Source of the DNA: an uncultured Christensenella sp.
Lineage (GTDB): Bacteria > Bacillota > Clostridia > Christensenellales > UBA1242
Length of the DNA stretch: 64,000 nucleotides
NCBI GenBank assembly: GCA_964439345.1
Contig: CAYTNS010000002.1
Coordinates: 26,797 to 90,796 of the forward strand
Reading direction: 5' to 3'
Of the stretch, positions 36,933 through 47,539 are shown piece by piece (the first letter of the stretch is position 1; every line of letters starts with the position of its first letter). A program made the position numbers and the translations under genes. The notes under the pieces were generated by a model. It had not been told where the DNA came from, did not search any database, and worked only from the letters and a program-made list of their open reading frames with translations.

Positions 36933-38183
36933 TTAATTTATAAATAAGAAGAAATCTTCCACCATAAAAAGTAATGTAAATATAATAATAGGTACGCTTA
37001 TCGCCTTGCCTAATTTAATTCCCCTTCTTCTCATATTCCTAATTAGCACTACCATTACAGCAATGTAAATAGCTATGCCTATTATGCCTAGATTGTATAG
37101 TGCTGTTATAAAGAAATTGTGTGTGCTATTGATAGTAACCTTTCCAGCGCCTAGACCAGCGCCATATAGTATTATGCTAGGATTTTCACCAATATATCTA
37201 AGGGTATCTACCCACAAATCATATCTATATGTGGTCAAATAATTGAGTTTGTCCTCGATATCCAAAGCAAAGAAATCATCACCAATAAATCGGTTTAAAT
37301 ATCTAACAATAAAGTCACTCTTAATAATGACCATACATAGTATGAGCATTGCACCCACTGTAACCCAAAGTAGAGTTTTAAAAGAATCAATCCTAAAGCA
37401 GTGAATGATTAAAACTAGCATTAGCACCATATAGAGTATAAAATATGTCTTTGATAGAGTGGTAAAACCTATTACGGAAAATATTGCAAAAGCAAAATAA
37501 TCCCCTTTGGAAGTCTCCCTCCTTACAATAAAATACATAAGTAAAGATAAACTAATCTCACATATCATCGCCAATTGATTAACGGTACTACATAGTGCAC
37601 CAAATCTCATTGAGCCATCGCTAAACGACATTGTCACCGAAAATAAATCCCTTAGATATGGCGATACAAAGTAAAATAAGCAATATACTACAGATAGTAG
37701 TAGTGAACCAGATAAAATCCTTAAATTACGCCTAAGTTCTAAATCCTTTGGATAATATGTAAATAGAGTAAATAGAGATATTATAGTAAGGAATGCACAT
37801 AGTTTTATAACCCAATTGGCATTGTACTCACCTATAGGCAAAGCACAGAATATTACAAATATGGCCGTAGTTATAAGGAGTGCTTTGCTAGGCTTAATCT
37901 TATCTATAAAATACGCTATTATAAAATGCTTCACCTCATAAGCCACTATACACGCAAAGTATAGCCCCACACTAAGTGGCACAGAGAGGCTAACAAATGG
38001 AATAGTAAATACAATTAATGTAAAGCCATTCTGTCTATTTTCACTAAGAACTAGTGCTAGTAGACCTATATAGGCAATATAAGCCCCCTCATAAAAGAAG
38101 CAATTAAAAACAAAAAGAATTGCAAGTAATATGCAATCAAATTTTACCCTATTATTTATATACAATTCTTTTATTTTATTCAT
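36933..38183 (-). CDS. O-antigen ligase/polymerase-family membrane protein (Wzy-like)
   Basis: About 10 or more TM helices. The C-terminal pattern YGAGLGAGKVTINSTHNFFITALYNLGIIGIAIYI is typical of the Wzy_C family. Confidence 0.6.
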   Translation of the reverse strand: MNKIKELYINNRVKFDCILLAILFVFNCFFYEGAYIAYIGLLALVLSENRQNGFTLIVFTIPFVSLSVPLSVGLYFACIVAYEVKHFIIAYFIDKIKPSKALLITTAIFVIFCALPIGEYNANWVIKLCAFLTIISLFTLFTYYPKDLELRRNLRILSGSLLLSVVYCLFYFVSPYLRDLFSVTMSFSDGSMRFGALCSTVNQLAMICEISLSLLMYFIVRRETSKGDYFAFAIFSVIGFTTLSKTYFILYMVLMLVLIIHCFRIDSFKTLLWVTVGAMLILCMVIIKSDFIVRYLNRFIGDDFFALDIEDKLNYLTTYRYDLWVDTLRYIGENPSIILYGAGLGAGKVTINSTHNFFITALYNLGIIGIAIYIAVMVVLIRNMRRRGIKLGKAISVPIIIFTLLFMVEDFFLFIN

Positions 38184-38211
38184 TTTAATCTTCTTTAATA
38201 ATGCAAATAGT

Positions 38212-38913
38212 TTACTCTTTTATAGCGCCAAATCTTCTATCCCTACTCTGGAATACCTTTAATGCTGTAAGCAAATCCCTTTTATTGAAGCTAGGCCAAT
38301 GAACCTTTGGGAAATAAAGTTCGGAATAAGCTAATTGCCATAGCATAAAATTGCTTAGCCTATTTTCCCCACTGGTCCTAATGCAAAAATCTAGTGGTGG
38401 TTGACCTTTTGTATACAAGTGATTATCTATATCTTCAGGGGTAATATCTTTTAGCCCCTCTTTAGCCATCTCATTAAATGCTCTAGTCAATTCAGATTTT
38501 CCACTATAATTAAGTCCTAGATTTAGAGTAAACTCGGTATTATCCTTGGTCTCTTCCATTATTCTAACACAAGCGTCAGACAAATCTTTATCAAATCTAG
38601 TGTGGTCGCCCATAATATTGAGTTTGACCCCAGGATATTTATCCTTAAAATCTTCACTGACACACTGTCTAAATATTTTCATTAGATAGTCCACCTCTTG
38701 CTGTGGTCTATTCCAATTTTCGGTAGAGAAAGCATAAATACTAACAACATTTATTCCGTATGTATAAAAGCATTCCTTACATATTTTCTCTAAATTTTTA
38801 AATCCTGCCCTATGTCCCATCGACCTAGTCAGCCCTCTTTCTTTTGCCCATCTGCCATTGCCATCTATAATAAACGCTATATGCTTAGGCAGTTTTTTTA
38901 ATCCTTTTACCAT
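38212..38913 (-). CDS. uppS: Undecaprenyl (isoprenyl) diphosphate synthase
   Basis: HIAFIIDGNGRWA, FSTENWNRP and RTSGENRLSNFMLWQ motifs. Confidence 0.9.
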   Translation of the reverse strand: MVKGLKKLPKHIAFIIDGNGRWAKERGLTRSMGHRAGFKNLEKICKECFYTYGINVVSIYAFSTENWNRPQQEVDYLMKIFRQCVSEDFKDKYPGVKLNIMGDHTRFDKDLSDACVRIMEETKDNTEFTLNLGLNYSGKSELTRAFNEMAKEGLKDITPEDIDNHLYTKGQPPLDFCIRTSGENRLSNFMLWQLAYSELYFPKVHWPSFNKRDLLTALKVFQSRDRRFGAIKE

Positions 38914-38975
38914 ACTTTCTCCTCATATTTTAGTCGTGAAGATAAACCAAACTTAGTTTATCAATTAAATATTCA

Positions 38976-40658
38976 TTAGTCAATATTTTTGTGAGTACTT
39001 TGACTCTCTTTATTTTCATTATTTTCTATTTCGTTATTAGATAGCTCTTCCTCGTTTTGGCTTTCATTTATTTTTTCAATCGTCTCGCTGGGTGCATTAT
39101 CGCTAGTAGCCTCGTCCACAACTTTTTTATTTTTCTTAAATAATTTAATTAGTATCCCCTTGCCAAAAGCAAAGCATTTCTTAAAGTCCCGAGTTGGTAA
39201 ATATGCAAGTAGCAAAAGTACTCCAGCAAGGACTATACACACGGCAAACTTAAGTATCAGTAACCACACTCCACTATCGGGAATAAGTCCACACACTAGG
39301 GAAGTAATAGTACAAGATATAGCCATAATAGCAAAGTCTCTTATGTATCTAATAAAGTACTCTTTTACTGGTTTTTTGAAATAATACTTGTAAAGCACCA
39401 TAGGCTCCCACCAAAGTGGCGCTACCACAGTACTAATAATTGTGCCTATAAATATGCCATTAATACCCATAAATTTTGCAAGGATAATAGAAACAACTAG
39501 ATTGATAACCGATTCAATAATTGGTTGCCATCTATTCTGCCAGTACAAACCAGCCGAATCCTTAAAAATACTAACAGCCGTTCTCATTCTCATTAGATAA
39601 AAACTAATACAGATAATAATAACAGTGGACATCTCGAGTAGATACTCTCCCCCACCCGTCCATAACTTAATAAACGGCTGAAATAGTGTAACTAAACATA
39701 TAGTACAAAAGGCAGAAAGACAAGAAAATATAAAACTAATTAATCTAAATTTATCATACACATATTCCGAATCGCTAGATGCTATCAAATTGCCTACACT
39801 AGCTAGTAACGCATTGCTAAGTAGAGTAAAGACGGAAATCAAAGAAGATATAATCAAGTAGTAATTTGAATATGCTCCCAGTAGCACCACACCAAAGAAT
39901 GTAGATATTAGGATATTATCGGTAGAATATACTACAGCACTGCCAATCTTGTGCATACTAAGGGCAGTAACATTTTTGGTTATTTCCTTCTTTGTGGCGT
40001 CATCTATTGCCCCAGCCTTTCCCTTAATTTCTGGAAACATTTTATTTGCAACCATACGAATTAAAATACACTCAATTAGAGTAAATAATATGCTTACAGC
40101 AAAATATAGATAGTAATTTTTGAAAACCATTAAAACGATTATTTGTATAATAGTCATTCCAATAATGCAAATAGTCTTAATCTTATTCTCTACATCATTC
40201 CTCTGATAAGCAAATAATAGCGACCTTTTGTGTGCTGCGAAGTACCCAATAAGAGTGTAAACTAGATACATAATGTATAGCACATAAATATTAATATCAA
40301 CCGTTACCCCACCACTAATAAAGTACTTAATAAATGGGGTGATTATGAGTCCAATGCCCCCAACAACTAGGGCTATTATCATATAAAATTTTTTGTAAAG
40401 GTGTTCAAGAGCTTTCACCTTTTCGGTGTCGCCATCGGCAATAGGCTTGTACATACTGAATACTATTGCACTACCTATGCCTAGTTCGGCTAAATTTAAA
40501 AAACTAAATATATTAGTAAATAATCCATTCAGTCCTAAGTACTCAGCACCCATATAATAAATAAGCACTGTACGCAACAAAAACTGTAACAAAAGATTAG
40601 TTACATATTTTATCATATTAGATATTAAATTTTTCTTAATATTCTGTGTTCTAGTCAT
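38976..40658 (-). CDS. Wzx-type polysaccharide flippase (MOP superfamily) with an acidic N/E-rich C-terminal tail
   Basis: About 12-14 TM helices, a typical N-terminus (KNLISNMIKYVTNLLLQFLLRTVLIYYMGAEYLGLNGLF), and 560 aa. Confidence 0.8.
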   Translation of the reverse strand: MTRTQNIKKNLISNMIKYVTNLLLQFLLRTVLIYYMGAEYLGLNGLFTNIFSFLNLAELGIGSAIVFSMYKPIADGDTEKVKALEHLYKKFYMIIALVVGGIGLIITPFIKYFISGGVTVDINIYVLYIMYLVYTLIGYFAAHKRSLLFAYQRNDVENKIKTICIIGMTIIQIIVLMVFKNYYLYFAVSILFTLIECILIRMVANKMFPEIKGKAGAIDDATKKEITKNVTALSMHKIGSAVVYSTDNILISTFFGVVLLGAYSNYYLIISSLISVFTLLSNALLASVGNLIASSDSEYVYDKFRLISFIFSCLSAFCTICLVTLFQPFIKLWTGGGEYLLEMSTVIIICISFYLMRMRTAVSIFKDSAGLYWQNRWQPIIESVINLVVSIILAKFMGINGIFIGTIISTVVAPLWWEPMVLYKYYFKKPVKEYFIRYIRDFAIMAISCTITSLVCGLIPDSGVWLLILKFAVCIVLAGVLLLLAYLPTRDFKKCFAFGKGILIKLFKKNKKVVDEATSDNAPSETIEKINESQNEEELSNNEIENNENKESQSTHKNID

Positions 40659-40691
40659 AATAGTGCTTAATTTTTATTTACCTATTTACTT

Positions 40692-41660
40692 TTATTTTTT
40701 ATAGATACTATACAATAACTTATATATCCACAATAATTTATGTCTAAATAAATATGCTTTTATTTTTGCATTTCTAGTATTGCAATTATTATAATACTTC
40801 TTATAATTTGCCTTAGTGTTTAATTTTTTATATTCCTTGTATACACCTTTAAATCCTGCCAAGTATGCACTACAAGCAACCATATAGATATCAAAAGAAC
40901 TTATAGCAAAAACCTTATCATTATCAGCAAATTCTTTTCTGCATTCCATAAGTCCTGCAATTTCATTTGTAAAACGAGATACTTTAATATCTTTATTATT
41001 CATCACAGAACAATCGTTTACAAAGTAATAATACAAGCAATCGTCTACACAACTAATTTTAGTAGCTTTTTTCATCGCCTGAATTACGAATAAAAAGTCT
41101 TCGGCAATTTTTAAATTAGAATCAAATCTAATATCTTTTATAGTATCCCTTGAATATAATACTGAACAAGAACTCCTGTGACTAATCTTTCCTCCCCAGA
41201 AAACGGAAAAATCTTTATTGACTACTCTTTCACATTCTCCTCTAGCGCAATCAGAACGAAGTTCGATTATCTTATCGCCATACACCTTGTAATATCCCGA
41301 GGCAACAACCATATCCGAATTGTTTTCGTTTGCAGGAGATATCAATCTTTCTACCATATCTTCTCTCACATAGTCATCACTATCCACAAAGCAAATATAA
41401 TCGCCTTTGGCACTATCTATGCCCGTATTCCTAGCCTCGGATACTCCAGCATTTTCTTTATGAATTACTCTAATCCTGCTATCCCTACTAGCATACTCAT
41501 CACATATCTTAGGTGAATTATCTGGACTACCATCATCAACTAGGATTATCTCAATATTTTTATATGTTTGATTAATTAAACTATCTACACATCTAGATAG
41601 ATACTTTTCTACCTTGTATACCGGCACTATTATCGAGACTAGACTTTCACTCTTATCCAT
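40692..41660 (-). CDS. Family 2 glycosyltransferase
   Basis: VSIIVPVYKVEKYLSRCVDSLINQTYKNIEIILVDDGSPD, plus DSDD. Confidence 0.85.
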   Translation of the reverse strand: MDKSESLVSIIVPVYKVEKYLSRCVDSLINQTYKNIEIILVDDGSPDNSPKICDEYASRDSRIRVIHKENAGVSEARNTGIDSAKGDYICFVDSDDYVREDMVERLISPANENNSDMVVASGYYKVYGDKIIELRSDCARGECERVVNKDFSVFWGGKISHRSSCSVLYSRDTIKDIRFDSNLKIAEDFLFVIQAMKKATKISCVDDCLYYYFVNDCSVMNNKDIKVSRFTNEIAGLMECRKEFADNDKVFAISSFDIYMVACSAYLAGFKGVYKEYKKLNTKANYKKYYNNCNTRNAKIKAYLFRHKLLWIYKLLYSIYKK

Positions 41661-41677
41661 ATTGTATCCTACATTTT

Positions 41678-44183
41678 TTAATTTGTTTTCTTTTTACTCA
41701 AATCTTTTATAGCATTATACACTCTTTCACAATTGTGATTATCTGCATATTCAAAGTACTCATCGTATTTTTTATCGTCCATTTTTTCGGGGTCGCTAGA
41801 TAATGTTTCTTCTAGATTTTTCAATAAATCATCTAGATTATCCGACCACTTACCCAAGCCATTATTCCTATAACTAAAATACCCCTCACTATACTGATAC
41901 TTTCTAAATTTTTCTTCATCAAATTGATAGAATAATACAGGCTTCTTCATATACCAAAAATCAAAGAAAACACTTGAGTAATCAGTTATCATAATACTAG
42001 CTTTCTTTAGCACTTCTTGAATATCGTTATTTTCCCAATTACAAATAGTTATGTTCTCGCTCTTCGCCTCAAAACTAGATATATATTTTTGCATATTTCT
42101 ATGAGGATAGAATAGCAATTTTTTATTATACTTTTTAAGTATCTTATCTAGTTTATCAGATTTTAAAAATTCTGACCAGCCTTTGTAGTAGTCAGTATCT
42201 TCAAATTTTTCACTTCCCTCGATATCCCTAGTCTCCACACCTTTTGCAATCCATTGCCTCCATGTAGGCATAACTAGGATAGTATCTTTATCTAAAATAT
42301 CGTTATTTAAGTTATCAAATCTAGGAAATCCTAGTAACTGCACATTACCCTCTGGATATCCAAATCTACCTTTAATAAATTCATATTCTGGACGAGTTGC
42401 AGTTACAAAAAGCCTCATATTAGTATTTTTGTAATACAGCCAATCGGTATCATCTTTAGTAACACCGTGTTGCAAAAACACCCTATTATTCTTTCTAAGT
42501 TTCAAAACTACTTCTAAAAAATAGCATACTGCAGCATTCGGTTTGCCACCCTTTTGGCTACTAATATTTTTATCTGCCACAAAGTACCAGAACCAATGAG
42601 CAAAGCCGCCATAATTAATTATCTTACCCAAATCCTTAACTTTTGCATAATCGGGAGAATTTTTATTTATAGCATAAGCACATTTTTGCTTAGGTTTATT
42701 TTCTTTTACATATTTAAAGAACCAATAGCCATTATCTCTAGCTTCATTTTTATCTTCACAAATTAGCCAAAAATCTCTTACAAAGATTTTAGTAATCATG
42801 GCAGGAATAAATGCAAGACACATAGGGATTAGGGATAAGATATCCTTCATTTTTATAAACTTTAGTTTTTGACCAATCATATCAGACTCCTCACTCTCAG
42901 TGTCATCTTCTTTATACAAAACTAGAGACAATACCCATATAAATAGTAACCTATTACCCAGCAATGATTCCTCTATCCCTAGCACACAGAACATAAATAA
43001 TGGAATAAGATTGTACATATTAAAAGTATACTTATCTTTCTTCATTTCTAGGAAGTACACTGTGATAGTTGCACATATTAACATACAACCAATTATGCCG
43101 TAATTGTATAGTAGCCCTATATACGTACTATGTGGTGCTTTTCCCCAAATATTAGGTGCAAATACCCCACAGCCAAAAATAATAGTATATACACTACTAG
43201 ACCAAACCTCTATATATTTTTTCCAAATAGAATATCTACCAGTTAAGATTACATCTAAAATATTATCATATCCATAATCTACTGTAAATCTATTTAGGAT
43301 ATCTAAAATCTTTTCTCTAAAAATTAGACAAAATATAATACCTATTATCGCACAGGCAGAAAAGAAGCTCCAACCCTGCACTTTATTTTTCTTAATATAA
43401 AAGATTGAAAATATAATTAGTAAAATTATTAGGCAAAGTAGGAAGGCTTTTGACATAGTAAAAACCCCACCTATTGCTATTATAGCTGAGGATACAGAAA
43501 ACCTTAAATTTCCTACCCCCCCTCAAAAAGTGTAACATTCCGATAGATAAAGTAATGATAGTATAGACAGCTAGAGAATTGGGATTTGAGAAAAACCCCA
43601 TAAATCTACCCTCAGTAATAAATGTCCCTCTAAGGCTAGGAAATACACACAAAAATCCAGCCAGTAAGATATTAATAATTAATCCTATTGAAGCATAATC
43701 AAAAAGGCTCTCCCTGCTAACACTATCTCTATAAACAAAGAAAATGTAAATAGAGGCAATAAGCGTAATATTGCCTAGGAAGGTAATCATATCAAATTTC
43801 TTAAAATCAATAAGGCTATAAAGGATTAATAAGATACTAAGTATCAAAGGTAGCAAAGATATTTTTTCTTCTTTTTTACATACTTTGATTAAATACTTAA
43901 CTCCAAATACAACCATTGTAATACGAAGCATAAAGGAATCAAAAGAAAAATTCCATCTTTTAAATTCCAATATGGGTAGTGCCATTAAAAATAGAAGAAC
44001 ACACACAGATTTTTCAAAGGATATAAAAAGACTTGTTGCCAACCAACAAATTAGCAATAAGAACAATAAAAAATCCATATTAATATTAAAAATTTTTGTT
44101 ACAAACCCTACTAAAAGTAAAAGTGCCATCAGCACTTTTAGGAAGACTGCATTATCAACAAATTTTTCTATTTTTTTAATCAT
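41678..44183 (-). pseudogene. O-antigen-ligase-like membrane domain fused to a TagF-like CDP-glycerol glycerophosphotransferase; split into 263-aa and 592-aa ORFs by a frameshift at a G7 tract
   Basis: The upstream ORF (43392-44183) ends in the Wzy_C lead-in TEGRFMGFFSNPNSLAVYTI. The downstream ORF (41678-43456) continues the same domain (TGRYSIWKKY...GCGVFAP...APHSTYIGLLYNYGIIGC) and then carries a Glyphos_transf-type domain (VMPTWRQW, ITDYSSVFFDFWYMKKPVLFY). Removing one G at 43516-43522 fuses them in frame. Confidence 0.75.
43516..43522 (-). repeat. Homopolymeric G7 tract (C7 on the + strand) at the frameshift point
   Basis: The + strand reads tcctaCCCCCCCtcaaaaag. In the upstream ORF it is read as HFLRGGRKF. 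Confidence 0.9.
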
Positions 44184-44244
44184 TGAAAATTTATCCTATT
44201 TATTTTATGTGTTTTTCATTTTTACTTAAAATGGAGAATCAAAA

Positions 44245-45060
44245 CTATCCCCTCAATTTCTTTTCGTAAAATTTTTGTCTTAGTTTATTAGGCATTAATA
44301 CTTGAACTACAAATCTAGTCGCTAGTATTTTTAAGTAAGTAAATAGCCCTATAAATTTAGTTTTCTTCATATACTTAAAGAGCTCTTTTTGACTCTTGAA
44401 ATATTTGTATCCACCACGCCTAGCATACAAATCTTTTGACACTCTCATTTTCACAAGGACTTCGGAGTGGTTGTCCATCTTACAGCCGTGCTCTAGCATT
44501 CTAATCCAAAGGAAATAATCCTCGCAAAGTTTCATATCCTGATAATCGCCCGATTCTAATACTTTGGATTTTTTAAACACAACCGATGGGTGGCAAAAGG
44601 GATTTCTTTGCTTAGCAAATTTTAGGATATTATCCCTGCCCACAGGCACCGAATGTGTAGACACAATATTATCTATATCGTCTATAAATTCTGCCACCTG
44701 CGACCCCACTAGGTCTAGGTCATTTTCTTCCATTAATTGCAATTCTTTTTCCATTCTATCTGGCAAAGAATAATCGTCACTATCCATTCTAGCAACTATC
44801 TCATTTGAGCATAATGCCAAGCCTTTTTTCATAGATAGGCCTAATCCTAAATTTACTTCATTTGGATATACTTTTATCTCTTTATTTTCTTTTGCCAAAC
44901 TAGATATTTTTTCATTTAATTCACTAGATATTTCGCCATCTATTATTAGTACGACCTCATCTGGTCTGATAGTCTGATTAAGCATACTATTTATAGCCAC
45001 TTCCACCCAATCAGGTCTATCCTTTTTGTATACAGATATTAGTACGGAATATTTTTCCAT
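44245..45060 (-). CDS. Family 2 glycosyltransferase
   Basis: YSVLISVYKKDRPDWVEVAINSMLNQT and RMDSDD motifs. The start is set at the ATG at 45060 (AAGGGAG RBS, 2 nt after the upstream stop) rather than the track start at 45096. Confidence 0.85.
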   Translation of the reverse strand: MEKYSVLISVYKKDRPDWVEVAINSMLNQTIRPDEVVLIIDGEISSELNEKISSLAKENKEIKVYPNEVNLGLGLSMKKGLALCSNEIVARMDSDDYSLPDRMEKELQLMEENDLDLVGSQVAEFIDDIDNIVSTHSVPVGRDNILKFAKQRNPFCHPSVVFKKSKVLESGDYQDMKLCEDYFLWIRMLEHGCKMDNHSEVLVKMRVSKDLYARRGGYKYFKSQKELFKYMKKTKFIGLFTYLKILATRFVVQVLMPNKLRQKFYEKKLRG

Positions 45061-45061
45061 T

Positions 45062-45823
45062 TTATTCTCCCTTAGTTCCTTGCAACTTTTCATCATACTC
45101 GATAGTTGCTCTTTTCTCTTTTGTTAGCCTATCTGCCTTAGCTAAACCCTCTTTGTATTGCTCCTTTGTAATTACATTATCTTTAAGCAATTGGTCGGGA
45201 TAGTAATATTCTCTTTTATTTTTATCTTCACTAGCACCCTCGGCACTGCCACCTTTAAATACGGCTAAAAATGTGCCAAAGAATAATTTAATATCTGTCC
45301 AAAGAGACACATTATTTGCATACCATATATCTCTGGCAAATACACTCTCCCAACTAAGTTCGCTATTTCTATCGTAAACCTGAGCAGGGCCTGTAAGACC
45401 TGGTCTAACGGTATTTGCTTTTAGTACCTCTTCGCTATAGAATACTTGGTCTTTTATTAGCCTTGGTCTAGGGCCAACTATACTCATATGTCCTAGTAAG
45501 ATATTAAAAAGTTGTGGCAATTCATCTAGGCTAGTTTTACGCAAAATCTTTCCCCAAGTAGTTATCCTATCTTTATCTGGAAGTGGATTGCCATCTTTAT
45601 CCTTTTTATTGCTCATACTACGGAATTTGTACAAAGGGAAGATTTTATTATTCCTACCCGGTCTATACTGCTTAAAAATTGGGTTACCCCTAAGAATGAT
45701 TGCAGATAGTATGTATATTAGCAGGATTAAGGGACTCAAAACGATTATCGCTATTAGAGATATTAAAAAGTCCATTACTCTTTTAAAAAATCTATTATAT
45801 ATTCCATCACTTTTATTTTTCAT
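45062..45823 (-). CDS. Monotopic phosphoglycosyl transferase (bacterial sugar transferase family; initiating enzyme)
   Basis: FKRVMDFLISLIAIIVLSPL, PIFKQYRPGRNNKIFPLYKFRSM, DELPQLFNILLGHMSIVGPRP. Confidence 0.85.
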   Translation of the reverse strand: MKNKSDGIYNRFFKRVMDFLISLIAIIVLSPLILLIYILSAIILRGNPIFKQYRPGRNNKIFPLYKFRSMSNKKDKDGNPLPDKDRITTWGKILRKTSLDELPQLFNILLGHMSIVGPRPRLIKDQVFYSEEVLKANTVRPGLTGPAQVYDRNSELSWESVFARDIWYANNVSLWTDIKLFFGTFLAVFKGGSAEGASEDKNKREYYYPDQLLKDNVITKEQYKEGLAKADRLTKEKRATIEYDEKLQGTKGE

Positions 45824-46061
45824 AATTTTGCCTTTTGTATTTTAAAAAAATTACTTTTACTCACACCGGCATAAATACATATATTTAATAATATATTTAT
45901 TTAAAGTGCCAAGACTGGGGATATTATAGCACCCCAACCCCAAATCGGTCAAACGAATGAAATGTGTAGATATAGAAATATACATACTCACACTAATGTA
46001 TTTCCAAACCCGAATGGGTACTACATATTGGGGCAATAATAAAGGAAAAGGTGGTGGAATT

Positions 46062-46379
46062 ATGAGGCGAAAAGAAAAAGAGAAATTAATAGAAGATTAT
46101 GTAACCATCTATAGACTAATGGTGGTATACAAAAAGTACACTCTAGATAGCATATCTCCCTTAGACAAGATGTACAATCTCACCCTAAAACTAAAAGACC
46201 GGATAGAGGAAATAATTTTTTCAAAAAAACTAAATGACACCTCTTATCTAGTGCTAAAAGAGCAATTGGATTTTTGCCTAAAAGATTACAATAGCAGTAC
46301 ACTACAATACGACGAAGAAAAGTATATAGAGACGCTAATATCCATAGGCGAAAATTTGCAAAAGTATGCCAAGGTATAA
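46062..46379 (+). CDS. Hypothetical small helical protein (105 aa)
   Basis: The ATG at 46062 is preceded by AAAGGAAAAGGTGGTGG. The track's longer start at 45957 has no RBS. Confidence 0.5.
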   Translation: MRRKEKEKLIEDYVTIYRLMVVYKKYTLDSISPLDKMYNLTLKLKDRIEEIIFSKKLNDTSYLVLKEQLDFCLKDYNSSTLQYDEEKYIETLISIGENLQKYAKV

Positions 46380-46474
46380 TTAGACAATAAAAAGTAGTCA
46401 CAGGTGTGGAGTATAACAATATATCATCACACCACTAGTGGCTACTTTTTTTTACACGTGCACATATCTACATA

Positions 46475-47332
46475 TTAATATTTCTTAGGCTCTATCCCTA
46501 CTCTTTTTTCGGCAGACATAACGGTCTGAAGCATTAGGGAATTAATGGTCATTGGTCCTACTCCACCGGGTACAGGCGTATACGCATACGACCTATCCTT
46601 AGCGCCATCGACATCTATATCCCCTACATTACCGGCATTGTATCCAGCATCAATTATGGTAACACCATCTTTTAGCCAATCAGCCTCTATAAATTTAGGC
46701 TTACCCACAGCGCCCACTACAATATCTGCTTTCTTTACAATCTCTTTTAGGTTCTCTGTTTTAGAGTGACAAATAGTCACTGTGCAATTTTCATTGAGTA
46801 GTAGCATTGCCACTGGTTTACCAAGGATTGCACTCCTGCCAACCACAACAGCCTCCTTGCCCGACAAAGGAATATTGTATGCCTTAAGCAATCTAATAAT
46901 GCCATAAGGTGTTGCCGAGGAATAAGCCTCTCTACCCATAGACATTAGTCCAAAGGATAGCGAATTGACTCCGTCCACATCTTTTTCTACCGAAATCCTA
47001 TCGAAGCATAACCTTTCATCAATAGTTTTTGGAACGGGGTGCTGAAGTAGTATTCCCACTACCCTCTCATCTGCATTGAGTTCGTCTATTACAGATAATA
47101 ATTCTTCGGTTGTTGTTTCTTTAGGAAGAGTAATTGACCTAGACTCTATGCCAATTCTCTCACATGCACGGCCTTTCATATTTACATAGGTAATACTAGC
47201 CGAATTGTCCCCCACTAGGATAGTTGCAAGGACGGGAGTATATCCCAATTTTTCTTTAACTACCTTAACCCTCTCAATTAGGTCACCCTCAGTTTTACTA
47301 GCCAGTACTTTTCCATTTAATTCTATCGCCAT
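46475..47332 (-). CDS. folD: Bifunctional methylenetetrahydrofolate dehydrogenase/cyclohydrolase
   Basis: ATILVGDNSASITYVNMK, GRSAILGKPVAMLL, TPVPGGVGPMT. Confidence 0.95.
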   Translation of the reverse strand: MAIELNGKVLASKTEGDLIERVKVVKEKLGYTPVLATILVGDNSASITYVNMKGRACERIGIESRSITLPKETTTEELLSVIDELNADERVVGILLQHPVPKTIDERLCFDRISVEKDVDGVNSLSFGLMSMGREAYSSATPYGIIRLLKAYNIPLSGKEAVVVGRSAILGKPVAMLLLNENCTVTICHSKTENLKEIVKKADIVVGAVGKPKFIEADWLKDGVTIIDAGYNAGNVGDIDVDGAKDRSYAYTPVPGGVGPMTINSLMLQTVMSAEKRVGIEPKKY

Positions 47333-47539
47333 AATATAACTCCTTTGTGTGATGTGCAGTCTCTCTTAGCACCTTACATACCAGTATGTATTTTACCAAA
47401 TGTCAGACTTCCGAGCAAATAATTACACACCCTACCCAAAAATATTTTTGCCTTGATAGAATAATAGACTTACAAATTAAGCAAACTATCTATAGTAACA
47501 TTTTACTCAAAATCCATATCTAAAAAAGAGGGATCTGCT

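Noticed and set aside
43392-43456. A genuine 65-nt overlap between two independent genes (the 263-aa and 592-aa ORFs)
   Set aside because: A single conserved domain is split across the junction. The tail of the upstream ORF is non-membrane-like out-of-frame sequence, and a G7 tract lies at the switch point. A frameshift is the simpler explanation.
46180-46419. 79-aa minus-strand ORF
   Set aside because: It is antisense to the better-supported + strand ORF (46062-46379, good RBS) and has no RBS of its own.
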